This document shows positions 16,952 to 24,939 of a stretch of DNA of 26,516 nucleotides, piece after piece. This DNA comes from Candidatus Thorarchaeota archaeon (GTDB lineage Archaea > Asgardarchaeota > Thorarchaeia > Thorarchaeales > Thorarchaeaceae). The position numbers were made by a program, and so were the translations under genes. Each line of letters opens with the position of its first letter. The first letter of the stretch is position 1. The stretch covers positions 1 through 26,516 of the forward strand of contig JAWAQK010000034.1 in NCBI GenBank assembly GCA_038893995.1, given 5' to 3'. The notes below the pieces were generated by a model, which saw nothing but the letters and a program-made list of their open reading frames with translations, did no database searches and had not been told where the DNA came from.

Positions 16952-18696
16952 CCAAACAACTCCTATTGAAGAACGGCCTCGTGTTCGATCCGATGAACGG
17001 GATCGATGGGGAGGTCCTTGACATCTGTATCTCTGATGGTAGGATCGTAGAAGAGGTGTCCTCCGACGCTGAGGTGATCGATCTATCGGGCTGCACAGTC
17101 ATGCCCGGTGGTGTTGACCTCCACTCTCACATACTTGGGTCCAAGCTGAATGTCGCCAGGATGACATCGCCAGAGAGCAACAGGGATTACCCATTCAGGG
17201 CATCAGCGGTGGCAAGATCTGGTGTTGCCGGGGTGATTCCCTCGTCTTACGTCACGGGCTACTTGTATTCGGCGATGGGCTACACGACCGTTGTCGAGCC
17301 TGCACTTCCGGCTGTCAAGGCACTGAGCGCGTGGGAAGAGATCTGGGATATCCCCTGTCTTGACATAGGCATGCTCCCGATGTTCTGTAACAGCATGATC
17401 ACCTTCAGCTATATACTCAGGGGAGATCTCAGTGGTCTAGCAGCCTATATCGCGTGGACGTTGAGCAGGGTTGGGGGCATGGGAGCAAAGGCAGTCAACC
17501 CAGGTGGGACCTATGCGTGGGCTTACGGACAGAACGTGACCGATCTGGACACACCTGTACCTGAATGGGACATCACACCCAGGCAGATCACCACATCCCT
17601 GGTCCGGGCCGTCGAGATGCTTGGTCTGCCACATACCCTGCATCTCCACCCAAACAACCTCGGCAGAGTTGGAAACGTGGAGACCACCATTGCCCAACTG
17701 GAGGCCATCAGAGATGTCAGGAATGGGTCTGGTCGTAAGGCCATCGTGCACCTCGCACACATGTCATTTGACTGTCTGGGCATGGTGGAGGGCGGCACCC
17801 CGGAATGGAAGGACGTGGCATCTGGCGGTCAGAGGTTCGCTGATTACTACAACAGTCGCGAACACTTCACGGTCGACCTCGGACAGATCACCTACGGGCC
17901 GGCGATGACGATGACTGGTGATGGTCCGTTCCAGTTCTCACTGTACCGGCTGACGGGAGGGAAGACAAAGTGGTCCAACATACCGGTAGACGTCGAGCTC
18001 CCTGGGGGCGCAGGCGTGGTGCCATTCAACTTTGTCCCGACAAGTCCTGCCAACTCTATTCAGTGGGCCATTCCGCTCGAGTTCGCCCTGAGTATCAGGG
18101 ACCTGTGGCGTTGTGCTCTGAGCACCGACCATCCCAACGGTGGTCCCTTCTTCAAGTACCCTCAGATCGTCGCATGGCTCATGAGCCGGAAGGAACGTGC
18201 AGGCTGGATTGAGAAGGCACATAGGCTGGTCCGCGAGAGGTCGTCCATTGCGGAGATCGACCGCGAGTACACCCTGAGCGAGATTGCGACAGTCACTCGA
18301 GCTGCCCCCGCACGGATACTCGGCATCGACAGGACGAAGGGTCACCTCGGTGTTGGAGCAGACGCCGATATCGCCGTCTATGGTTTCGACCCTCGGAGAG
18401 TGGACCTGGCGGACAACCCTCAGGTGATAATCAACGGGTTCTCTCGTGCAAGGATGACAGTCCGGCGAGGACATGTCGTCGCCAGGGATGGCACGGTGAT
18501 CGCCACTGTTCCATCTAGAGTCCTGTCAGTAGAGCCGCGCTTGAGTGACGAGCTCTGGCAGAGGATTGAGACGGAGCTCTCCGAGATGATGGGCAGGTGG
18601 TTCAGCCATTCATTCAGCAACTATCCCGTTCCGCAACGATACAGGGCCCCTCTTGAGAGTCCGGTGGTTGTCGATGCCAGTTCGATTCCTGCGTAG
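16948..18696 (+). CDS. fwdA: Formylmethanofuran dehydrogenase subunit A (amidohydrolase)
   Basis: KNG.VFDP.NGIDGE, MPGGVDLHSH, Y..MGYTT..EPA, K.VNPGG, HLHPNNLG, TDHPNGGPF, TRAAPA, KGHLG.GADAD. Confidence 0.95.
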   Translation: MTKQLLLKNGLVFDPMNGIDGEVLDICISDGRIVEEVSSDAEVIDLSGCTVMPGGVDLHSHILGSKLNVARMTSPESNRDYPFRASAVARSGVAGVIPSSYVTGYLYSAMGYTTVVEPALPAVKALSAWEEIWDIPCLDIGMLPMFCNSMITFSYILRGDLSGLAAYIAWTLSRVGGMGAKAVNPGGTYAWAYGQNVTDLDTPVPEWDITPRQITTSLVRAVEMLGLPHTLHLHPNNLGRVGNVETTIAQLEAIRDVRNGSGRKAIVHLAHMSFDCLGMVEGGTPEWKDVASGGQRFADYYNSREHFTVDLGQITYGPAMTMTGDGPFQFSLYRLTGGKTKWSNIPVDVELPGGAGVVPFNFVPTSPANSIQWAIPLEFALSIRDLWRCALSTDHPNGGPFFKYPQIVAWLMSRKERAGWIEKAHRLVRERSSIAEIDREYTLSEIATVTRAAPARILGIDRTKGHLGVGADADIAVYGFDPRRVDLADNPQVIINGFSRARMTVRRGHVVARDGTVIATVPSRVLSVEPRLSDELWQRIETELSEMMGRWFSHSFSNYPVPQRYRAPLESPVVVDASSIPA

Positions 18697-18705
18697 GACG
18701 CGAGA

Positions 18706-18721
18706 AGAAGTACTTATACCA
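18706..18721 (+). promoter_or_regulatory. Putative BRE/TATA promoter for the downstream membrane-protein gene
   Basis: Purine-rich GAAGAAG followed by TACTTATAC just after the fwdA stop. Confidence 0.3.
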
Positions 18722-18830
18722 CTCCTACTGTCGCCTGGGACCGTCCTGTTGTCGTGGTTGTTCAGCCAGGACTACAGTCGCCCACGCATCTGATGGTGGG
18801 AGCTAGATCTTGTGGGTCACAGACCGTCAC

Positions 18831-19580
18831 ATGACACCAGCCAAGTCAACTGCCTATGTTGCTGTGTTTGCAGCGACCATCGCCGCGTTAGACTCTGTCC
18901 CCATTATCCCAGTGCTGTACAGCGGCGTCTGGGACTCGTGGCTATTCCTCCTCAGCCCTCTAGTGGGGGTACTGCTTGGACCCCATGGCGGTGCGGTTGC
19001 AGTGGGAATTGGAACGCTAGTGGGTCACCTCGTCTATTTCCGTGACCCCTCTGAACTGGTCTTCATGGTTGGGGCTCCCGTAGGGGCGGCAGTCTCTGGA
19101 CTCGTGTATCTCGAGCGGTGGCGGCCCGCACTGATGCTCTATTCGGCCCTTCTGCTGACCTACTCTGTCACACCAGTATCGTGGGCCCTGCCCCTTTGGG
19201 GCGTATGGGACGTACTGCTTGGCTATGGTCTCCTCCTGATCCTGTCAGTCCGCAGCCGGCTGAGATGGCGATTGCGGGAGGAGCACGGTGCGACCAATCT
19301 TGGGCTCCTCTTCAGTACGGTCATCGGTCTGGAGTCCGACACGCTGACACGAATATCTATCCTCATATCTTGCGGGACCTACCAGATCTTCTACGGTCTT
19401 GGCACAGAGGACCTCCGGCTGATCTGGATGGCTGCAGCACTCGTGAGTCCGCTGAACCTGCTCATGGCCGTGGCTGTCGTAGTGACTCTTGGAAGGACTT
19501 TGATACGTCATGTGGGATACACTCTCAGTCCCTCAGCGGGTATGGATGACTCCAGTGAGCCTCAGCAGGGCTGTTCCTAG
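18831..19580 (+). CDS. ECF transporter S-component-like integral membrane protein (paralog of 11319-12095)
   Basis: YVAVFAAT helix then SPLVGVLLGPHGGAVAVGIG, aligning with APLIGFLLGPVYGVVAVVIG of the 11319 protein; about 7 hydrophobic segments. Confidence 0.6.
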   Translation: MTPAKSTAYVAVFAATIAALDSVPIIPVLYSGVWDSWLFLLSPLVGVLLGPHGGAVAVGIGTLVGHLVYFRDPSELVFMVGAPVGAAVSGLVYLERWRPALMLYSALLLTYSVTPVSWALPLWGVWDVLLGYGLLLILSVRSRLRWRLREEHGATNLGLLFSTVIGLESDTLTRISILISCGTYQIFYGLGTEDLRLIWMAAALVSPLNLLMAVAVVVTLGRTLIRHVGYTLSPSAGMDDSSEPQQGCS

Positions 19581-19587
19581 ACGGTAT

Positions 19588-20607
19588 TCAGATGAGCTCC
19601 GTGACGATCTTGGAGGACCACTTCTGTGCTGCGATGGCGTCCCTGTAGGTGGCCTCTGGCCTCTCCCTACCCAGACAGGCCTGGACAAAGTGCGCTACCC
19701 ACTGCTTGTGACCCCAGACCTCAGGTCCCTTTGGTTCGAGTTTCCAGGACTCTCTCTCATCTCCCCTGCCGACGAGAGTGACCCTATCGTTCCAGTCGAC
19801 CACTATTGTCTTGCCGTTGTTGCCGAACACCTCGAACCTGCTCGTGTCCTGCCCCTTTGCGACTGACGCCCCGTACGTCAGGCTGCCCACAGCGCCGTTG
19901 CGAAGCCTGATCACACCCATTGTCTGATATGCATTGAAGTCGGCGACTCCAGTGACCTGTCTGTAGTTCGCAGCCCACTTCACATTCTCGATCTCGGTCT
20001 CGAAGAACCACCTGAACATGTCAAGGGACCAGACAGAGAGCGTGAAGTCTGGATAGCCCCCGCTCTTCTCCTTGTCCCACGCCCATGATGACGGGGGCCA
20101 CTGCTTCGCCAGGTCCTCGGCAGCGACCAGCTCTCTGAATGTGAACGCCATGGGTTCTCCAATGGCTCCGGACTTGAGTAGCTCTCTCGCCTTCACGTAG
20201 CCCGGCGCGCGTCTAAAGTTCAGAATGGGCATCAGGACTACCCCCTTCTTCTTGGCGAGCTCTCCAAGCTCTTCCACCTGTTCAAGTCTAGGTGCCATCG
20301 GCATCTCCAGGAGGACATGCTTCCCGCCCTCAAGAGCTCTCTTCGCCATCTCGTAGTGGGATGGCGTTGGTACTGCGACACAGACAGCATCGACCTCGGG
20401 GTCCTGACACACTGCCTCCCAGTCGTAGTATATGTTCAGTCCATACTTCTCTCTCAGTTGTAACGCAATCCTCTCGCTGTTTCTGCCCCTTCTCGCGACC
20501 ACACCCAGCAGTTTCGAGTCTGGTACCTTTCGGAATGATGGGACATGGGCCGAGCTACCAACGAAACCGAGTCCTGCGCAGACTGTACGTAACTCTCTGT
20601 TTGACAA
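19588..20607 (-). CDS. Gfo/Idh/MocA family NAD(P)-dependent oxidoreductase, non-canonical motifs
   Basis: GLGFVG Rossmann motif, DPEVDAVCVAVPTPSHY, GKHVLLEMP, NFR..PGY, G.IGEP, SGG. TTG 20607 preceded by GGAG. The extension to 20805 is unlikely. Confidence 0.88.
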   Translation of the reverse strand: MSNRELRTVCAGLGFVGSSAHVPSFRKVPDSKLLGVVARRGRNSERIALQLREKYGLNIYYDWEAVCQDPEVDAVCVAVPTPSHYEMAKRALEGGKHVLLEMPMAPRLEQVEELGELAKKKGVVLMPILNFRRAPGYVKARELLKSGAIGEPMAFTFRELVAAEDLAKQWPPSSWAWDKEKSGGYPDFTLSVWSLDMFRWFFETEIENVKWAANYRQVTGVADFNAYQTMGVIRLRNGAVGSLTYGASVAKGQDTSRFEVFGNNGKTIVVDWNDRVTLVGRGDERESWKLEPKGPEVWGHKQWVAHFVQACLGRERPEATYRDAIAAQKWSSKIVTELI

Positions 20608-20789
20608 GTCTTCACTCTCCTCTCTGATACATACTGGTCGCTTCAACGGTGCTGAGGTCAGGGCAGCATGTGTTGACGACCTTGAATTACATGCCAACGT
20701 ACTCCTTCCTATTAAGGAGTAGCGCTGATCTCCACCGATGACGGACCACGAGAGTGAGCCCATGTGCAGGTCTCTATAGATTCTATCAT

Positions 20790-20957
20790 GCCATCGCGCA
20801 TCCACAGTCCAGAGACCAATTGCTTGAAACCGCCAAGAATATGAGATACGTATTCGAGGATCGGGTCCCCCTCATGACACGGGGCACTCGTGTGCATCCG
20901 AACAACGTCCTGACGATTGACTTCACAAGACGGGAAAGGCCACTGAGGGTCGATTGA
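20790..20957 (+). pseudogene. Possible remnant of an acetyl-CoA hydrolase/CoA-transferase C-terminus
   Basis: AIAHPQSRDQLLETAKNMRYVFED resembles the IAHPxFRxxLLxxAK..YVF.D end of AcetylCoA_hyd_C domains. No upstream part of such a gene is visible. Confidence 0.45.
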
Positions 20958-21070
20958 GTATCGAGGATGGACAGCATGCATTCATGCTCAAGCTCTGAGG
21001 GTCGGTCTCCCGTTGCGGGTGCAACGTAGCGCCGGGGCGGCTCCGCACGGACTCAGCCGAGCGAACTAGG

Positions 21071-21095
21071 AGGGGAGCAATTGGTCTGCTCCCCT
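21071..21095. repeat. Perfect 9-bp inverted repeat upstream of mtd
   Basis: AGGGGAGCA-ATTGGTC-TGCTCCCCT. Confidence 0.6.
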
Positions 21096-21168
21096 AACGA
21101 CATGATGTAGACAGATGTAGCTGTTTTATCAGACGATTCCTATGGAGATACCATCTAGATGTGATGCA

Positions 21169-22032
21169 ATGTCTGACCGTTGTCGCATAGGATTCCTGAA
21201 GCTAGGTTGTATCGGGGCTGCACCACTGCTGGACCTGCTGTTGGACGAGCGGGCCGAGAGAAAGGACATCGAGGTGATCGCAGCGGGTACAGGGGCGAAG
21301 ATGGATCCCGAACTCTGTCAGGAGGTGGCCAGGAGACTGGCCGATGCCGAACCGCGTCTAGTCGTGATAGTGAGTCCCAACGCCTCGCTTCCCGGACCTA
21401 CGAGCGCTCGTGAACTACTTCTTGGAAGAGGTCTCCGAGTGATCTCAGTCTCAGACTCACCATCTAAGAGGGCATTCTATGCAAAGGACAACTCCGGCAA
21501 GAGTGTGCCATCAGTGCCAGCCAGGAGTGGGTTCATCATACTCCCGATGGATCCGATGATAGGCGCACGAAAGGAATTCCTAGATCCTGTCGAGATGGCC
21601 CTCTTCAACGCTGAGCTGATCAGGGTCCTCTCGTGCACCGGAGTCATGAGGTATCTCCAGTCTGAGTTGGATCGAGTCATCGACCAGTTGAAGGCCGGTG
21701 AAGAACCACAATTGCCGACCATCACGCTGACCCCGGAGGTGGCGCTTGAGGCTGCAGGTTTTCGCAATCCTTACGCACATGCAAAGGCTCATGCGGCCCT
21801 CAGAATGGCCGAGTCTGTGGCAGATATCACCACGAAGGCATGCTTCAAAGACACCGACCCTAACGTCTACGTGCCCGCAGTGGCCGCCGCGCACGAGCTG
21901 CTTCGAGCCGCGTCCAGGCTGGCAGATGAGGCAAGAGAGATCGAGAAGTCAGGTGACTCTGTACTCCGGACGCCCCACGGGTCAGCTGGTGTCCGTCTCC
22001 GAAAGACGGGACTCGCGGATAAGCCCACTTAG
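21169..22032 (+). CDS. mtd: F420-dependent methylenetetrahydromethanopterin dehydrogenase
   Basis: IGFLKLGCIG...LDLLLDERAER, G.GAKM.P, SPNASLPGP, D.MIGARKEFLDPVEMALFNA, GF.NPYA.AKA, C F, AHE, ARE.EK..D.VLRTPH. Confidence 0.95.
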   Translation: MSDRCRIGFLKLGCIGAAPLLDLLLDERAERKDIEVIAAGTGAKMDPELCQEVARRLADAEPRLVVIVSPNASLPGPTSARELLLGRGLRVISVSDSPSKRAFYAKDNSGKSVPSVPARSGFIILPMDPMIGARKEFLDPVEMALFNAELIRVLSCTGVMRYLQSELDRVIDQLKAGEEPQLPTITLTPEVALEAAGFRNPYAHAKAHAALRMAESVADITTKACFKDTDPNVYVPAVAAAHELLRAASRLADEAREIEKSGDSVLRTPHGSAGVRLRKTGLADKPT

Positions 22033-22204
22033 ACTCAGGCCCTGGGCATGTCACGATGGTCGTCCCTGCGCTCAAGTCTGAGCGTCATCACCACATACGT
22101 TCCTTGGGAGCTTGACCGGGCATGACGATAGGTCATACCAGTATGGCCTCCCTGTCGTTCGGTGGAAGAATCAGGATGCACGGACAGTGGTATTCAGGTT
22201 GGAA

Positions 22205-22594
22205 TCACGGATTGAGTAGATCGCTGATCTCCTTTGCGTATCTTCTCATCTGGGTCACTGCCAGTCCCATGGATGTCAGGTCTCTAGCAGAGCCCATGAC
22301 CAGGTAGTCTCCTGCCTGCGACAGGACAACGAAACCCTTCCTACCCCGTATGACTACCTCGTAAAGCTCATCTAGGTTGAGCTTCTGTGCTGCCATCTCG
22401 CCCTGCACGAGTAGAGCTGCACTCACTGCAGCCATGAGGTCCGGGTCTGCATCAGAGTCCTCAGTTGCAAAGTATGCAACCTTGACACCCTGCTTGCTGA
22501 CTACTGCAATGGCCTCAAGGTCTGTGTAGTTTGTGAGTCCCATCAGAAGCTCGATCAGCTGCTTCTCCTTTGCGGGGTCGAGTTGGATAGACAT
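22205..22594 (-). CDS. Roadblock/LC7 (MglB/LAMTOR2-like) domain protein
   Basis: IAVVSKQG...D.DLMAAVSAALL..GE.AAQKL..DELYEVVIRGRKGFVVL..AG...SMGL matches the roadblock pattern. RBS GAGGCG. Confidence 0.9.
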   Translation of the reverse strand: MSIQLDPAKEKQLIELLMGLTNYTDLEAIAVVSKQGVKVAYFATEDSDADPDLMAAVSAALLVQGEMAAQKLNLDELYEVVIRGRKGFVVLSQAGDYLVMGSARDLTSMGLAVTQMRRYAKEISDLLNP

Positions 22595-22637
22595 GTTATC
22601 GCCTCAGTGTGCAGTCAGACTACTCTTCTCTGTGATG

Positions 22638-22650
22638 CTTTAATACTTTG
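22638..22650 (-). promoter_or_regulatory. Putative BRE-TATA promoter for the roadblock gene
   Basis: Minus strand CAAAG-TATTAAAG about 45 nt upstream of the ATG at 22594. Confidence 0.45.
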
Positions 22651-22668
22651 ATGGGGTCTACTTGGAGC

Positions 22669-23673
22669 TCACTTGGCAACGAGCTTTCTCCTGGCAGCCT
22701 TCCTAGAGACCTCAGCCGAAGCAGATGCATCCTCAAGCTCGCTCTTGAAGAAGCTGATCAGGTCACTGAGTCGCTCCTTCATCTCCGTCTTGATCGGACT
22801 GAGGATTGCGTCGGGCGTGCCCTTCAGCAGTTCTATCCCGAGTACACGCCCGTCCTTGACAATCACACGTGGAATGAACCCCTCCGCCATGAATGTGCCC
22901 TCTGGAGGGTCCTTCACACGCTCGATCTTCCTGTCCACTCTCTCTTGCCCAAATACTTTGATCTTACGTTCTACGACAGTGAAGAGTTGGTTGTAGACGA
23001 TGAGTAGCTCACGCTGATACCCCTCCGGGGGTTCCGTCGTCTCGAGCTCCCTTATCATCTCCTGTATCTCAGGGGAGATCTCGTCAGCAGTAGAGACATC
23101 AGCCGATGGTGGCTGGGCTCCAAGTCTGACTCTGTCTGCTGACGGAACAGGGGGCACAGATGTTCCTGCAGCAGTAGTCCTGGGAGGTTCTGGTGCTCGC
23201 ATGGCCGTGGCCGGGGTGGCGGTCCTTTTCGGCTCTGGGACATGTTGGGTCTCGACAACCGTCGGAGCAGCCTGTTCGCGCGTGGCCTGTGACGTGCTCT
23301 CTGTGGGTGTTGCGGCCGCCGATGCCTGCGGCTGAGCCTGTGGTTGCACCTGTGCCTTTGGCGCTCCCTGTTTTATGACTGGTCTGGCTGCGGTGGTGCC
23401 CTCGACCGCCGTGAAGAATGAGGGCGGTTCGCTCCCCTCGTCTATGGGTTTGACCTTGAAATGGAATCCGTATTCTGTCCTGAGGTTTGTGGCAACCCTC
23501 GCACCAATGAACTTGCTCCTGACTCCTGCCTTGTTTCCCTTCCAGAGGTAGATGCTCTTCGTGGAGTCGTCGACAACACAGAGTACCTTTGTCGAGTCGA
23601 GTCCTTCCTTCGTAATCTCAATCTCATGGAGGGTACCATCCTCGTAGACTTCGTAGCCAATGGTCATTTCCAT
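22669..23673 (-). CDS. Gelsolin-domain protein with Pro/Ala/Thr/Gln-rich linker and uncharacterised C-terminal domain
   Basis: N-terminal LDSTKVLCVVDD...IYLWKG.KAGVRSKFIGARVA..L...IDEGSEPPSFF is the gelsolin repeat consensus; about 110-aa low-complexity linker; folded C-domain; basic tail SRKAARRKLVAK. Confidence 0.85.
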   Translation of the reverse strand: MEMTIGYEVYEDGTLHEIEITKEGLDSTKVLCVVDDSTKSIYLWKGNKAGVRSKFIGARVATNLRTEYGFHFKVKPIDEGSEPPSFFTAVEGTTAARPVIKQGAPKAQVQPQAQPQASAAATPTESTSQATREQAAPTVVETQHVPEPKRTATPATAMRAPEPPRTTAAGTSVPPVPSADRVRLGAQPPSADVSTADEISPEIQEMIRELETTEPPEGYQRELLIVYNQLFTVVERKIKVFGQERVDRKIERVKDPPEGTFMAEGFIPRVIVKDGRVLGIELLKGTPDAILSPIKTEMKERLSDLISFFKSELEDASASAEVSRKAARRKLVAK

Positions 23674-23859
23674 CACAACTGACTCGATGTTAACTTGCCG
23701 TCAGGATGCTCAGTCTGAAAGGTACTTCCAGTACTGGGCGCACACTCACGATATCGCGCATTGACCTATATTACTCTTTGCTGGACTTATGAGGCCCTTG
23801 ATATGCTCGTTGATGGTCTGACGGTTCACGATCAGGTCCGCGCGAGAGTAGATATTTCC

Positions 23860-24939
23860 CTACCTGGTGTGATGCGTCTGTCCGAGTATCACGGGCCCGT
23901 TGTCCCTGAATCTGATGTAGACAGGCTCGCCCGACCTGCAGCCGGTCAGAAACTTGGCCAGACTCTGGTCAGTGACTGCGGTGATATGGTTTCCGCAGTA
24001 GTCGACCTCGATGCGCAGGACATCTGTCAGACGGTCCACAGACAGGAGCCTTGCAGCCACGAAGCCGTCTCCCCCGTGCTGTCTCACGACAACGTCTCTT
24101 GGCCTGACTGACACGTGTGCGAGTCCATCGTTACCGTGTGAACTCCCTCTCGCCTCGAACCTCATCTCTCCCACTCTCAGCACGGTCCCCCCATCGTTCT
24201 GAGACACGATCTCTGCGGTCAACACATTTCCCCCTCCGACAAACCTGGCAACGAAGTCAGAACTTGGGTTCTCGTACAGGTCCTCTGGGGTCCCCTCCTG
24301 CACGACAACTCCGTCGTTGAGCACTGCAATCCGGTCGGCCATCGCAAAGGCCTCGTCCTGGCTGTGAGTCACGTAGATCATGGTCTTTCCGAGACGCATC
24401 TGAGTCTGTCTTATCTCTCGACGCAGACGAATCTGAAGCTCCGGGTCGAGCGATGACAGTGGTTCATCGAGTAGGAGTAGGTCCGGCTCGTTGGCCAATG
24501 CCCTGGCGAGTGCGATCCTCTGCGCCTCTCCACCACTGACCTCCCTCGCACGTCTGTGGAGCAGGTTCCTGATCCCCAACAGCTCAGACAGTTCAAGTAC
24601 CCTCTCGATCACCCTCTGACGGTCCCATCCGGCGACGGTAGGACCGAAGGCGATGTTCTGGAACACATCCATGTTGGGAAACAGTGCGACCGATTGGAAC
24701 ATCATGCCGACTCTTCTCTTGGCCGGGGGAAGGTCGGTGACGTCTACGCCGTCGAATTCGACTGTTCCAGCCTCGGGCCTTATGAGTCCAGCCACAATTC
24801 GCAGTATGGTCGTCTTCCCCGAGCCACTGGGCCCGAGCAGGCAGGTACATTTTCCGTCCTCCACGGTCAAGTTCACAGGGCCAATCCTGGTCCCATCCTG
24901 GAATCGTCTCATGACCTCCTTGAGGACTACTCTGACCAA
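23860..24939 (-). CDS. ABC transporter ATP-binding subunit (FbpC/ThiQ/PotA-like, with TOBE domain)
   Basis: Walker A GPSGSGKT, Q-loop MFQS.ALFP, signature VSGGEAQR, Walker B LLLLDEP, H-loop VTHS. TTG 24939 preceded by AGGAGGTG; overlaps the permease stop. Confidence 0.93.
   Translation of the reverse strand: MVRVVLKEVMRRFQDGTRIGPVNLTVEDGKCTCLLGPSGSGKTTILRIVAGLIRPEAGTVEFDGVDVTDLPPAKRRVGMMFQSVALFPNMDVFQNIAFGPTVAGWDRQRVIERVLELSELLGIRNLLHRRAREVSGGEAQRIALARALANEPDLLLLDEPLSSLDPELQIRLRREIRQTQMRLGKTMIYVTHSQDEAFAMADRIAVLNDGVVVQEGTPEDLYENPSSDFVARFVGGGNVLTAEIVSQNDGGTVLRVGEMRFEARGSSHGNDGLAHVSVRPRDVVVRQHGGDGFVAARLLSVDRLTDVLRIEVDYCGNHITAVTDQSLAKFLTGCRSGEPVYIRFRDNGPVILGQTHHTR

Noticed and set aside
20608-20805. 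N-terminal extension of the Gfo/Idh/MocA ORF
   Set aside because: The Rossmann fold starts right after TTG 20607, which has an RBS.
12199-22032. Methanogen assignment
   Set aside because: No mcr or mtr in the window; these genes also form the archaeal Wood-Ljungdahl methyl branch in non-methanogens, and the flanking genes point to Asgard archaea.
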